Origin: Styela clava
Taxonomy: Eukaryota
Direction of reading: 5' to 3'
Assembly (NCBI RefSeq): GCF_964204865.1
Contig: NC_135263.1
Coordinates: 4,712,001 to 4,776,000, forward strand
DNA: 64,000 nt
Translations under genes and position numbers: made by a program
The notes under the pieces: generated by a model
What the model saw: the letters and a program-made list of their open reading frames with translations, nothing else
What the model was told of the DNA's origin: nothing
Database searches by the model: none
Shown: positions 29,601-40,000 of the stretch, piece after piece
Layout: the number at the start of each line of letters is the position of its first letter
Numbering within the stretch: the first letter of the stretch is position 1

Positions 29601-31787
29601 GACTTGATCACTGTTAAGTGTGAGTCACTTTACAAGACTGATAGCGGCTTCTGGATATCCTCACATAGGTACACATGCTATTTATGAGCAATGATAAATA
29701 TAATATACAAGGTGTCCATAGCATCCCTTTATAATTTCAATTTTGTTATGAAGTCCGTTCTCAATATATCTTAACCAAGTTTTGTGTTTTTTTTAATCAG
29801 TGATTGTTCAAGTATTTTTACTTCATTCAATACATCTGTGACAGCCAAAACAATATTATGGTATCGATGAATTCCCTTTGCGATTTTAAAAATATTTTAA
29901 GGCTTCATGGACACCCTATATATATATATAAATATAATAAATACATTATATTAATGACAAAAGAAAATGAGATGAAATGAAAGTTAGCTAGGATATAGAG
30001 TAATTTTCAAAGCGATATGACTTTTAACATATAGTTGAGTTTGTTTTAACCGCTAGCTTTTCATTGGTGACTTATTTGGAATGTCCAAGAATAAATCGAA
30101 TATCAAAGTTCATGTGGTATATATTTCATAGTAAATTCTTAAATTCAACATTAATAATAACCCAGAATACTCCCATAACCCAAACTTCACTTCATGGCTT
30201 TCAAAAATAAATTGCTACAATTTTAATGTTATCGAATTATTTATGTGGAATAAGTTTTAAAGTGATATGAATTTTGACATATATTTGAGCTTGTTGCAAC
30301 TGCTAGCATTTCATTGGTAACTTATTTGAGTGACTTGCAATTGCAATGTTATTGATTATTTGGGGCTCTCTAAGTATGCGAACCAAGATGGCGGACATCG
30401 GAATGTAATATGTGTACTAGGTTAGGGTTAGGCCATAATTTTAGGTATAAATACTACGGGAGGCTCTTGGCTAGTCTTCGAACTGATTATAGGACTAAAA
30501 TAAGGAAAATTGGAAAAAAATTATCGCCTAACCCTAACCTGTTACCCATGTTACGTTCCGATGTCCGCCATCTTGGTTCGCATACTTCGGGAGCACCGAT
30601 TATTTACTTGGTGGATTCTTTGTGAGTGAGAAGACTGTTTTTACAGAAGAAAGTGGAATAATACATGTTTATTTTCTACTTCAGAAAAATGAGAAACCAC
30701 AGCGGAATATGGGCAAAAAGAGAAAGGTGAGTAATTTTATATTAAGTATAGAATTGACTATAATCTATTTTAATGCGGACTTCATCAATTTTCTAACTGT
30801 TCGGTTCACAACCATTTTGAGGTGGGTCACAGAAAAGTGATATAGTCATATTTGTCATAGTCAATTTTTGCATCCGCTCAGACACGTTGTTCGCACAGAC
30901 ATTTATTTCTGGAGTCAAGGGGGAAACATCCATTATAAAGACAGTAAATTCGAATTTATTTCTATATCTTTTTTTTAGTTCGATCCAGTTGTGGGAAGTC
31001 TTGAAACAGAAAAAAGCAGACAACTCAAGATTTTGAGTCAGTTAACGAGTAATCAACCTAAGTTAAATAAAGAAAAAGCTGCAAATAAGATTATTCATGA
31101 GGAAAATAAAAGGTGAATTTTGTTTTATTTTTGCTTACTTTATTCATATGCAGTCTAATTTTGAGTTCGCAGGTTTCAAAAAAGTGTTATTTTAATTTGG
31201 CCTTATACCTACTCCTCCATAGTTGTCTCTTATGTGAGCCATTGTGGAAGTTTTTGCCTGACACCGACGGTTCGCAAGGGATGTTCAAAATATATAAAAT
31301 TGAAGGTGAACATAAATCCATCAAGATCTTGTCAACGGGAAGTAATGTGAGCAATTAATAAAGTGGCAAAATTTAGGTTAAAACAAACAGGAAAAAATAT
31401 GAATGTTTCGCTTGCTGACACTCCTATCTTTGACTTAAAATTGTTGGTGGTGGTTAAAGGTAAAAGCGGTAAAAACATGCTCAACAAGAACTGCACAATG
31501 GGGGTTGGTTGTGACATTACTTTGTATTTAATTCGGTTATATGAAAGTATAATTTATCAAAGTACCTCTGGTTCAACTGTGCACATCTTTGCTCTATTCA
31601 ATGATTATTAAACCCTGCTGGTGGGCTGGCATTTGTTTATCCACTCTGATCTTATGACACCATTCATTTCAATTTCAGTCGTGAGAGCGATAAACCGAAG
31701 GGCCAAAGAAAAGGTGGCAAAAATCAAAGAGGGAATAAGAAATTCAATAAAAGAACTGGTGGGAAACCAAAGACAGTAAAAACTTAA
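20698..31787 (+). CDS. RRS1: Ribosome biogenesis regulatory protein RRS1, 12 coding exons, 333 aa
   Basis: Exons 20698-20861, 22190-22262, 22738-22776, 26096-26134, 26220-26270, 26875-26925, 27648-27726, 28235-28389, 29256-29321, 30685-30726, 30979-31112, 31679-31787 sum to 1002 nt, all GT-AG and in frame. RRS1 motifs: EKDIDLEFDLGNL, RDNTQLLFNEIWKLP, LPREKKIPKPKPLTKWQQYAQLKGI, WKPRFGYKRAND, KKERVAKNELQRLRN, STASLGRF. Confidence 0.95.
21060..21630 (-). mobile_element. Decayed LINE (non-LTR retrotransposon) 3' fragment
   Basis: Minus strand reads TATGCTGACGATTCCATTTTG (YADDSIL, RT catalytic motif) at ~21600-21620 and a W-N-like ORF2 tail near 21470-21485. The 3' terminal ~150 bp recurs at ~19255-19392. 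Confidence 0.6.
22350..22490 (+). mobile_element. SINE 3' fragment
   Basis: Reverse complement of 62920-63030 ('atcaagtccatgcatccgaaaac...catacccgacatggactggtaaccggacg') with a tatcct tail. Confidence 0.65.
22806..23020 (-). mobile_element. MITE family A, near full-length copy
   Basis: Family core in reverse; imperfect TIRs (gcatgtgtacca / tggtacacacac); contains ggttagggttagg. Confidence 0.75.
23618..23936. mobile_element. hAT MITE
   Basis: TIRs caggagtgtgcaac / gttgcacacccttg; same terminal type as 8214-8708. Confidence 0.75.
23940..25923. mobile_element. 2.0 kb non-autonomous hAT-type transposon with (G/A)GCTCC subterminal arrays, RRS1 intron 3
   Basis: Perfect 14-bp TIRs cagggctggggagc / gctccccagccctg; perfect 8-bp TSD ccttggat (23932-23939, 25924-25931); hexamer arrays ggctcc/agctcc at both ends. 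Confidence 0.92.
26329..26619. mobile_element. hAT MITE
   Basis: Ends cataggttctcaaa / tttgagaacccctg; degenerate TSD ttccagac / cttcagac. Confidence 0.7.
27033..27345 (-). mobile_element. tRNA-derived SINE copy in RRS1 intron 6
   Basis: Colinear with 62870-63211 over ~310 bp; B-box region partly deleted. Confidence 0.8.
28676..28940. mobile_element. hAT MITE
   Basis: Ends cagtggttccaa / ttggaaaagctg; TSD tgttaaac / tgctaaac. Confidence 0.7.
30361..30597. mobile_element. MITE family B (long TIRs, related to family A)
   Basis: ~70-bp TIRs: 'aagtatgcgaaccaagatggcggacatcggaa...ggttagggttaggc' versus 'gcctaaccctaacc...ttccgatgtccgccatcttggttcgcatactt'. Confidence 0.85.
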
Positions 31788-31826
31788 ATGAGAAAATGGT
31801 TGTAATGAAGACTGGTGAATTATTCA

Positions 31827-32130
31827 ATGCAGCTTGGTATCAAAAGTGGATCCGGGCGTCATGGAGCTCTTGATTTCTAGGGCCCTGTGGTGGTCATTAT
31901 TTGTGGTAGAATTCCAAAAAAGTGGTCGCACCTTGAGCATGTATTCTGCCCTCGTACATTTGTACACATTATCTGTTAAAGATGACTGCCAGCGGCTAAA
32001 TTTGAATTAGTGTCTTATGTGCTATTATTTTTGTTCAAGTTTGCTCAAAGTTAGGTTTCTGGCCCTAAATATAAAATTAGGAAGAGTAGGCTACTAATGA
32101 TAGAACTGCTGATGTACCAAAGCTGTGCAT
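31827..32130 (+). other. Candidate structured RNA element in RRS1 3' UTR
   Basis: Nested complementary segments: 31827-31842/32110-32130, 31866-31871/32082-32087, 31878-31884/32061-32067, 31888-31898/31981-31991, 31905-31912/31943-31950, aaatttgaat/gttcaagttt. Many are G-U pairs, valid only on the + strand. Confidence 0.45.
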
Positions 32131-32457
32131 AGGTTATGTGTAGTTTTTTAACCTATTTTTATCTGCTATTATTTATTTTACAATTTTGCTCAAAGCTAGG
32201 TTTCAGGCATTCAATCGCTCTTGTCTCAGTAAATATAAGAGATTGATATTCCAAAATGAGCAAATAAATGAATTCATCTTTTCCCCTCCGGTATTCGAAA
32301 AACATTATTCGCCTTTTAATTCTACCACTTCTGCTATTAAATAAATTACAAAAAAATCTCAATCATGATATATTTTTTCAAACACAAGAACAGTTATCAG
32401 ATAAATATTTATTTTGAAAACTTACAAATCTGAAATAGGGCATTATGTCACATATAT

Positions 32458-32600
32458 GGGCGCTCCAGAAGTGTGTGTACATACCAATATGAAGTTTACA
32501 TCAAGTTGTGTGTAGGTACTGAAAGCTATGGGGTATGTTTACTAAGGAAAATCTGAATAAAATTATGGCCTAACCCAATACACACACTACAGGAGTACCC
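32458..32600 (+). mobile_element. MITE family A, internally deleted copy
   Basis: TIRs gggcgctccagaagtgtgtgta / tacacacactacaggagtaccc around a shortened core. Confidence 0.75.
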
Positions 32601-33284
32601 ATATACGACCCCATTGATAATGAGCCAGAGATTCGGAGTGACTCGGTGAAATGTCTCTTTAAATATTTGATTTGAAGGTTGGCTCATTCCCCAATAACGT
32701 TTCATTTATAACATAAGTATAAAGTATTTATTTGAAGAGATTGCTAATTATAATAGGGTTTAATTTCAACAGTCTTTATGTTGCAATTGCAAAACAATAC
32801 AGATAAGATTTTATAAAAAAAATAATTGCAGTAACACCCATATATATATATATAAGTGCAAAAAGGATATAATAGCCATTATATTTCATACTTTACTGTA
32901 ACTGACGAAAATGGAACCTCTTCGGAACTGATTAATCATCTGGTAAGGCAAGATCGTGGTTAAACCGACTGCTAAGGTTGATATAGCGGAGCGTAGTTTA
33001 TAAATTGGCTTAGTAGCAATAACTTCTTGAGCAAGGCCGTAAATACATTCCAAACCCTAGAATACACAATTCTCTGTTTGGGTTTGCTCTTTGATTCAGA
33101 ATAATTGTAGAGTAAGCTTCTACATTTTGAAGATTTCATTGCGGCTTATCAATTTATCGAATGTTTTGGGTAAACTTGAAATATAGATAAAATATTGAGA
33201 ATTGAGGACATTATTGTGATGTGCTAGGCCGACATCAATTTACCCTGATAAATGTGATTGAACAGAAACAAACACTTGAGCATA

Positions 33285-34889
33285 TCAGATATTTCTGAAA
33301 CTGTCTGGTTGCTGATCATCTTTAAAACTGTTATGAAAAGAAACCGTTTCATTTGCAGATTTATATTCAACTCTTTGTTCATCGCAACTCGCTGCTATAT
33401 CAGCTATAACCTTAGTGCCCAAGTTATCAAGTGCAAATGCCGTAGCTCCAAGATTCACTGCGGCCCCCATGGCTAGATTTGTGGCTTCCGCTGCATCTGG
33501 TCCATATTTATATTCCATATTCTTAACTGTTGCTGTGGTAACGGCTTGGGCAATAGTTGAGCCGGCTTTTTCCAGTTCTGTCCAGATTTTACCGAATCCT
33601 GCAAGCCCCGATTTCACCACTTTTATCGCACCGTACACATTAGTGCTCGTATTTTCTGGGCTATCTTCTATTGCCTTCGTGAAATATGGGGCAACTTGTT
33701 GACCAACTGAAGTTGTGACCGAACATAACCACTGAATCAACCAATTTTTTACCCGGACTGTGGTATCAGCTGCATTGTATGTATATTCAAGGCCTCTTTT
33801 GATATATGGATTGACCGTTACTTTCCCTTCTGCTGGGGTCAACTTTGCTTTAATATTGTTTGCACTGCTTTCAACTAAATTGGTAGCATAGTCTGTCCCA
33901 TTTCGGACATGTTGGGACAAAGCGGTCGCTCCATTTGTTACCGATGCTGCCATGCGGTCACTCATGCTTGGCGGAATGTAATCATCCGCTTCTGAAAATG
34001 CTCCTATAAATTCTGATAAATCAACAAATCCTTCGTCTGGATTTTCAATTTGAAAAGCAGCATAAGTTTGAAGAATATTCTCGAACATTTCCACATACTC
34101 TCTCGACACATTGCTCGAAATTACGACCCCTATTGCGTACCCTTCTTGAATTCCATCTTCTGTGCACTTGGGGAACATATAGGCACCGTTCGCAGATTTC
34201 AAAACCGGCATCTGGTTATTTGCGAGTGGATACACCCAGTCTCCGACTTGAAGTATAGCTTGAGGTCCTCCTGGTGTTACAGAATCTTCCTTCAATAATA
34301 CAATTTGTAAGGATGCTGGGTAAGACGGAGGCATTGATTCTACTTGGCTCTCTGCTGAGACAAAATATATTTGTGCGCCACTCTCTATAGATAAAAGTGG
34401 ATCGGCCATAATGTCACTATCGTGGAATTGGGGACCAGACTGAGATGAAAGTGGGTCGTGTAGAGAATATGAAGGCGGGCTTTCGGGCTGTGGAACATCG
34501 TGATTAACTGGTTCATCAAAAGATTGTAAATGATAAATTCTCTGTCTTATATTAGCTATGGTTGATATGATCTGTTCTTGCATCTGCCTGGCTTGTTCCC
34601 ATCCTGCACTGGATTGTTCAAAATCGTGGATATTGTGTCTCAAACCATTCTCACTATGTCTCAAAGCCTGAAGATAGAGTGCCATAGCGTCTGCGTTGTT
34701 GTTTGCATCATCTTGTGCCAAAGCCTGCGAAGCTAGAGACACTGATTTAGCATGGCATGATCTGATTTCGTTGAGTATTTCGTCAAAGGCTGGAGGTGCT
34801 GACGGTCGAATTACTTGCTGTGCCATGGCTTTATAGTTTGAAAAATATACTGTCACCCCGATATACCAAGTTACTGCCAAATTACCCAT
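33285..34889 (-). CDS. SPART: Spartin-like protein, paralog A (MIT domain + senescence domain), uninterrupted CDS
   Basis: 534-aa ORF; the start may be MAQQ at 34826. N-terminal MIT-like helices (ALAQDDANN...ALYLQAL...WEQARQMQEQ), PPSY motifs, 'LQVGDWVYPL...PVLKSANGAYMFP', senescence domain 'GLAGFGKIWTELEKAG...YKYGPDAAEAT'. Confidence 0.88.
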   Translation of the reverse strand: MGNLAVTWYIGVTVYFSNYKAMAQQVIRPSAPPAFDEILNEIRSCHAKSVSLASQALAQDDANNNADAMALYLQALRHSENGLRHNIHDFEQSSAGWEQARQMQEQIISTIANIRQRIYHLQSFDEPVNHDVPQPESPPSYSLHDPLSSQSGPQFHDSDIMADPLLSIESGAQIYFVSAESQVESMPPSYPASLQIVLLKEDSVTPGGPQAILQVGDWVYPLANNQMPVLKSANGAYMFPKCTEDGIQEGYAIGVVISSNVSREYVEMFENILQTYAAFQIENPDEGFVDLSEFIGAFSEADDYIPPSMSDRMAASVTNGATALSQHVRNGTDYATNLVESSANNIKAKLTPAEGKVTVNPYIKRGLEYTYNAADTTVRVKNWLIQWLCSVTTSVGQQVAPYFTKAIEDSPENTSTNVYGAIKVVKSGLAGFGKIWTELEKAGSTIAQAVTTATVKNMEYKYGPDAAEATNLAMGAAVNLGATAFALDNLGTKVIADIAASCDEQRVEYKSANETVSFHNSFKDDQQPDSFRNI

Positions 34890-35629
34890 TCATCGGGTTT
34901 TATTGCGCCTACTTCTGCCCGATATACGTGGCCTAAAGCCCGCTATATCATTTCCCGGTAATTCACCTGCATGTAAAATGAGTCTTAAAAAGGGGATTTC
35001 CCTTTGAATCTTGTGATCTCTGAAAATGACATCACCATTCGTCAAGCGTCACAGCTATGAGCCTATGATTCAGCTTTCAAAGCTTTGTTTAGGCTGCAAA
35101 CACCATCGAGATGTCATCCACAAAAAATCTGCATATCGATAAATAAATTAATGGACATAAACGAGGAAAAGTCAAGAATGAAAAGAGCAGACCAAACCAA
35201 TCAAGAACTTGAAATGAAAAATTGAAAATTTTTATCTGAATCATTTAAATTTTTAGACCAATATATCACATTTTTTTTTTATATCAAACTCATATGAATC
35301 TAACACAATTAGAAAACTTTAGTTGCTTGTTTTGATCATAAATCATGTACGGAGACCAGTTGACCTAGTTACAACCGCGAGATGTCAGACGTCAGCAATT
35401 TATTTTCTTCGTTCGAGTGTTGCCAGATTTTATGATCATTAATACATCAATATATATTTTTAAAACACATCTTGTACGAATAAAACAAAAAATGTTATTT
35501 CCAAGTGTGAAATTATTGTTAATAAAGGAATTTTGATTTAAAAAAAGTAATGCATGCGCTCTATTATCCACCGTATCTGCATTGATTTCAAATATTTGAG
35601 TGATTGTGGCAAAGGTTTATGTAGGTCGT

Positions 35630-35680
35630 AGAATGCAGTCGGTTTCAGTTCGGTCGGCGCCATTTTTTTTTCATAATTGA
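35630..35680 (+). promoter_or_regulatory. Likely core promoter with YY1-type motif between spartin A (-) and symplekin (+)
   Basis: 'ggcgccatttt' (YY1 consensus CGCCATNTT) at ~35656-35666 in a GC patch between head-to-head genes; a possible donor at ~35740 and an acceptor 'atttcag' at 36967 lie downstream. Confidence 0.4.
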
Positions 35681-37024
35681 GGCGTTTATAAAAATATCTG
35701 AATTTCAATTGCCTATTATTTATTTATCGTTATTTAAAGGTATTTATTATTTTATTTATTCTTCAAAAATTGATCAATCCACACCAAGGAACTATAAAAA
35801 AAAATTTTTACGGAAATTATGAATTAATGTGGAATATTTTTCCCTCAAAAGTCAGATAGTGTATCTAGAATTAGATTTATTGCTGGAAATGACTTGTGTG
35901 TTATAGAAACAGAATTAGTATCACATTTGTTCATGAATTGTCCATTTGTAAAACAATACCGTAGGCCTAGGTATATGATTACCGTATGCAGGTAGGCTAT
36001 GTTTCCTGATTATCGTGAAAATAACTGGCAGAAACAATTTAATTGATTATGAAACTTGTGTATTATTACATTTGAGTCCCCCTTATCATGCACATTTATT
36101 GAATGTAAAAAAAATGATATTATTTTGTTTAACGATAACGAACTCACTAACGCTAGCGATCTCTCACATATCGGGATCGTTACGCCGAGTAAAACAGCTT
36201 GCTCGATTTCGATTGATTGTCTGTGCGTCTTGGATGACAGTTAGTACTGTAGTATACCTCGGATGGCCTTATTACATTACTGTGGCATCGTAGTGCAGTA
36301 GTGAGTGATATTTTTTTGGCGGATTTTGCGGAATAAACACTGTAACTGCTTAAATAACGCCAAACAGTAGTACCATGCTCAATTATTATTTTTAAGATTA
36401 GTTATGCGAATAGTCAGCTGATAGTTTACATAGACTTCGGAAGTGAAATATATAACATATATTTTTGACATATTGTTTTGTTGAAATTTGTAGTTATGTA
36501 TGTATGGTTATTACAGTAGGGCACACTTTCCAAATTCCAAGAATGTCCCGTTGGTTCAATAAAATAAACACTTCTATGTGTCTCAGAAACGAGGGGCATC
36601 GTGCTCAACGGCAGATGCATCTTATTGGGCCATGCTTGTCTCGATAATAATCTACATTATTCCTGGCCGTCACATGATCTAAATTCCCATTATTTGCTAA
36701 AAACTCTAAAATGTCATGGTGAAAAAAAAATTTTCTTTTAGTAAATCGGATTATATTTTCCTGAGGAACTCAATGATGACGTTTTCTAGCTACTTCGTAG
36801 TTTTTTGTGCAGCTTCATTTTACTATATTTTCACCTATTATTAGAGGTGACAATGTCCAGACGTCCTTTCCCTTGTTTATGGGATTCTTTGGGACGAGAC
36901 AATGTCTCTCAATCTGTAAGGTGTGCTGTACTGTATAATGATACTAATCAAACCATTCACATTTCAGATCCGTTACCTAACATCCATATATTTGACCTAA
37001 TATTAATTTATTCCCATCACCAAT

Positions 37025-40000
37025 ATGGGGAAACCCAAAAAAACTGGTACAAAATCGCAAAGGTCATCAAATTCCAAAGACCAAGATGATGAGTCAGCAT
37101 CTTCTCATCAGTCAACATCAGAAAGAGTAATTGATCTGTTAAATCAGGCTTCTATGGCCTCAACGGACCCTGACAAAGTTAACAAACTCAAACAAGTTCA
37201 GGAATTAATTGTGAATAAAGAACCAGCATTACTGGATAGTTTTACTGATGAAGTTCTAGCATTCCAAGCTGATAGGTCGCATGACGTTAGAAAATTTGTT
37301 GTCGGATTCATGGAAGAGGCGTGCAAAAAAGATAATGAACTTCTCATGAAAGTAATGGCGAATTTAAATTTATTACTCGCTGATACCAATGCGAATGTCA
37401 CTAAAAAACTCATTCAGTCTATGACACAGTTATTTAGAATTGTGATCTATTGGTTAACAAAGGGTAGTTTCATCTCTGACAGTCATAAAGCTTGTTGGAA
37501 AGTGACATGCAATATTCGAGATCATATTTACGAATTACTGGATTCTGTCAATGACGGAGTCCGAACCCAAACTGTCAAATTCGTTGAAAAAGTGATCTTG
37601 ATTTTGTCAGAGATACAGCGAGGATCAGAGGTACCTAAGAAAACAGAACCTGCGTCTTCTATTGATGAGATTCCATTAAACCACGCATTACTAAAACGGG
37701 ATGAACTAAAAGCAGACGGAGAAAAAGCTCTTCAGAAATTGTTGGGTTTTATTGCTAATCCTGCTATATCGAGCGTTAATCTTATGGCAGCCATGGGAAC
37801 CTTATCAGCCATCGCAAAGCAAAGACCACAATTTATGGGAACGGTAGTACAAGCATTTGAAGCATTACATGCAAATTTACCACCAACACTGGCAAAAACT
37901 CAAGTCGCGAGCGTGAGAAAACATTTGAAAATGCAACTAATGAACATGTTACGGCTTTTTTCATCAACACAATATCATCCACAAATTACCAATCTACTTT
38001 ATGACTTGGGTACGACATCATCTGAGATAGCAAAAAATATGCCGAAATTGTCACAACGCCAAAGTGCCGGTAGCTCGCGAAAACGTAGCCCGGATGAAGA
38101 TAAAGGAGAGGGGAGTGGAAATAAAAAAATGAAAAAAGAGGTGAACGAATATGATGATGATGTTGAAATAGGACCTTCTACGAGCTCAGCACCTGCCCCT
38201 GTCCCATCAGAACCTGTGGTCAATCAACACAGTGTTGCTATTGATATCACAGCTAAACAGTTAGTCCCTTTATTATCACCAGAAAATGTCGCTAATTTAG
38301 TATTATTGAGCATGGTTATGTTGCCCGATAAAATGCCAGACGCGTTTCAAGCTTCATACACCCCTATTGAATCCGCGGGCACAGAGGATCAGATCAGTCA
38401 TTTAGCGAGATTACTTTCTATACAAATGACAGCCATGGGTGTCGGATCTGGAGTGCAAAAAGCTGCTGAAATGGCGGCGGAAGAAGACGCAAAAAAGAGA
38501 GAAAAGAAGTTAGAAGAAGAAGGAAAACAGAAATTACAAATTCAAACTGTTATAGGAGGAACAACAAAACCAACACCAGTTCAAGAAGACACTGCTCAAG
38601 ATAAATCGAAGAAAAATATCGAAGCAATGATATCATCTCAGACAGTCGTACCGAACCGTGGTTTGCCTCGCAGAATCCAGGGTTTTCGATTAGAAAGTAT
38701 CACTACCCCTCTCGATTTAGACACAAAAGATAAAATCATCAAAAATGCAGTTTTGAGAGTCTTGAGATCAGAACAAGCTGCTAACGCTGCTGGAGTTCAT
38801 GCCCAATGGTCAAAAATTTTAACCAGTCTTGTGGCACAGTTTGGTGGAGATCTTCATAGAGCTTTAGCAATGTTTATTTTAGAAGATATTAGGAATCGTT
38901 CTTCCCTTGCATTTGCATGGTTGTATGAAGAATTCAATATATATTTAGAAAACAGTCGTGGCTCGAATGACAAATCTGCACAAGAAAATTACGATGCCTG
39001 TCTGACAGGACTTTTACAAGGATTCAGAGAAAAACCAGAAACACGAGACAGTCTTTTCAATAAATTGGTAATGCAGGCACCTTTGTTAACTGATGGGGCG
39101 ATAAAACAAGTCCGTTTGTATTGCGAAGATGAAAAAAGATCACAATCGGGAATTAAACTTGTTAAGGACTTATTGCATTACAGAATAACGAGAAAAATGC
39201 AGTTTCTTCGTTTATTACTTGATCTTTGCGTCAGTAAAAATGAAAGTACCCAAACCGAAGCTGTTGAATGTATAAAATCAATTTTCCTACAAATTGAATT
39301 ACAGGATTTCATCCGAACATATGCTGTCACTCATCTTGAATATTTATCAAACTCCGCACCACCTTTGACCCTAGTCCCAGAGGGAACACCGGTAGATGCT
39401 AAATCAACATGGACGGAAACCCAAATGAAACAATGCATGACGTTATTTCTCGCTTTGCTACCGTTGGATCATAATTTAATCGAAACACTTGCCGAAGTTT
39501 ATGTAAAAACAAGCGCAGATGTGAAACGAGTTGTCTTACGAATCCTTGATAAACCTGTGAGCCAAATGGGAATGGAATCGCCACAATTATTGCGCCTCGT
39601 TGAAGGATGTCCAAAAGGTGCGGAGACTCTTGTTACTAGAATGTTGCATATACTTACAGACAAGACCCACCCAACTGTAGAACTGGTGCAGCGTGTCACA
39701 GACTTGTATGCAAAACGCGTCCCTGATGTACGTTTCCTTATACCAGTCTTGAACGGTCTCGAAAAGAATGAAGTTTTAAAAGCTCTTCCGAAGCTTGTTC
39801 GATTGAATCCTCCGGTGGTGAAAGGAGTATTTAATCGATTGCTTGGAGTCAATAGAGGACAACAATCCGAACCATCTGTGAGTTCTCTGTCACCTGTGGA
39901 GTTACTGATCGCACTTCATAATATGGATTCAAATACTGCTGATGTGAAAAGTGTAATAAAAGCTACAAGTTTATGTTTTGCTGAAAAAGCAGTTTACACA

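Noticed and set aside
31601-31650. C/D snoRNA candidate (ATGATTA...CTGA) in RRS1 intron 11
   Set aside because: Imperfect C box, only ~50 nt, and no convincing rRNA complement that I could verify.
31850-32130. SRP RNA, telomerase RNA or SECIS identity for the RRS1 3' structure
   Set aside because: 'ccgggcg' resembles the SRP 5' end but the helix-8 motif is missing; no TTAGGG template; the RRS1 CDS has no in-frame UGA.
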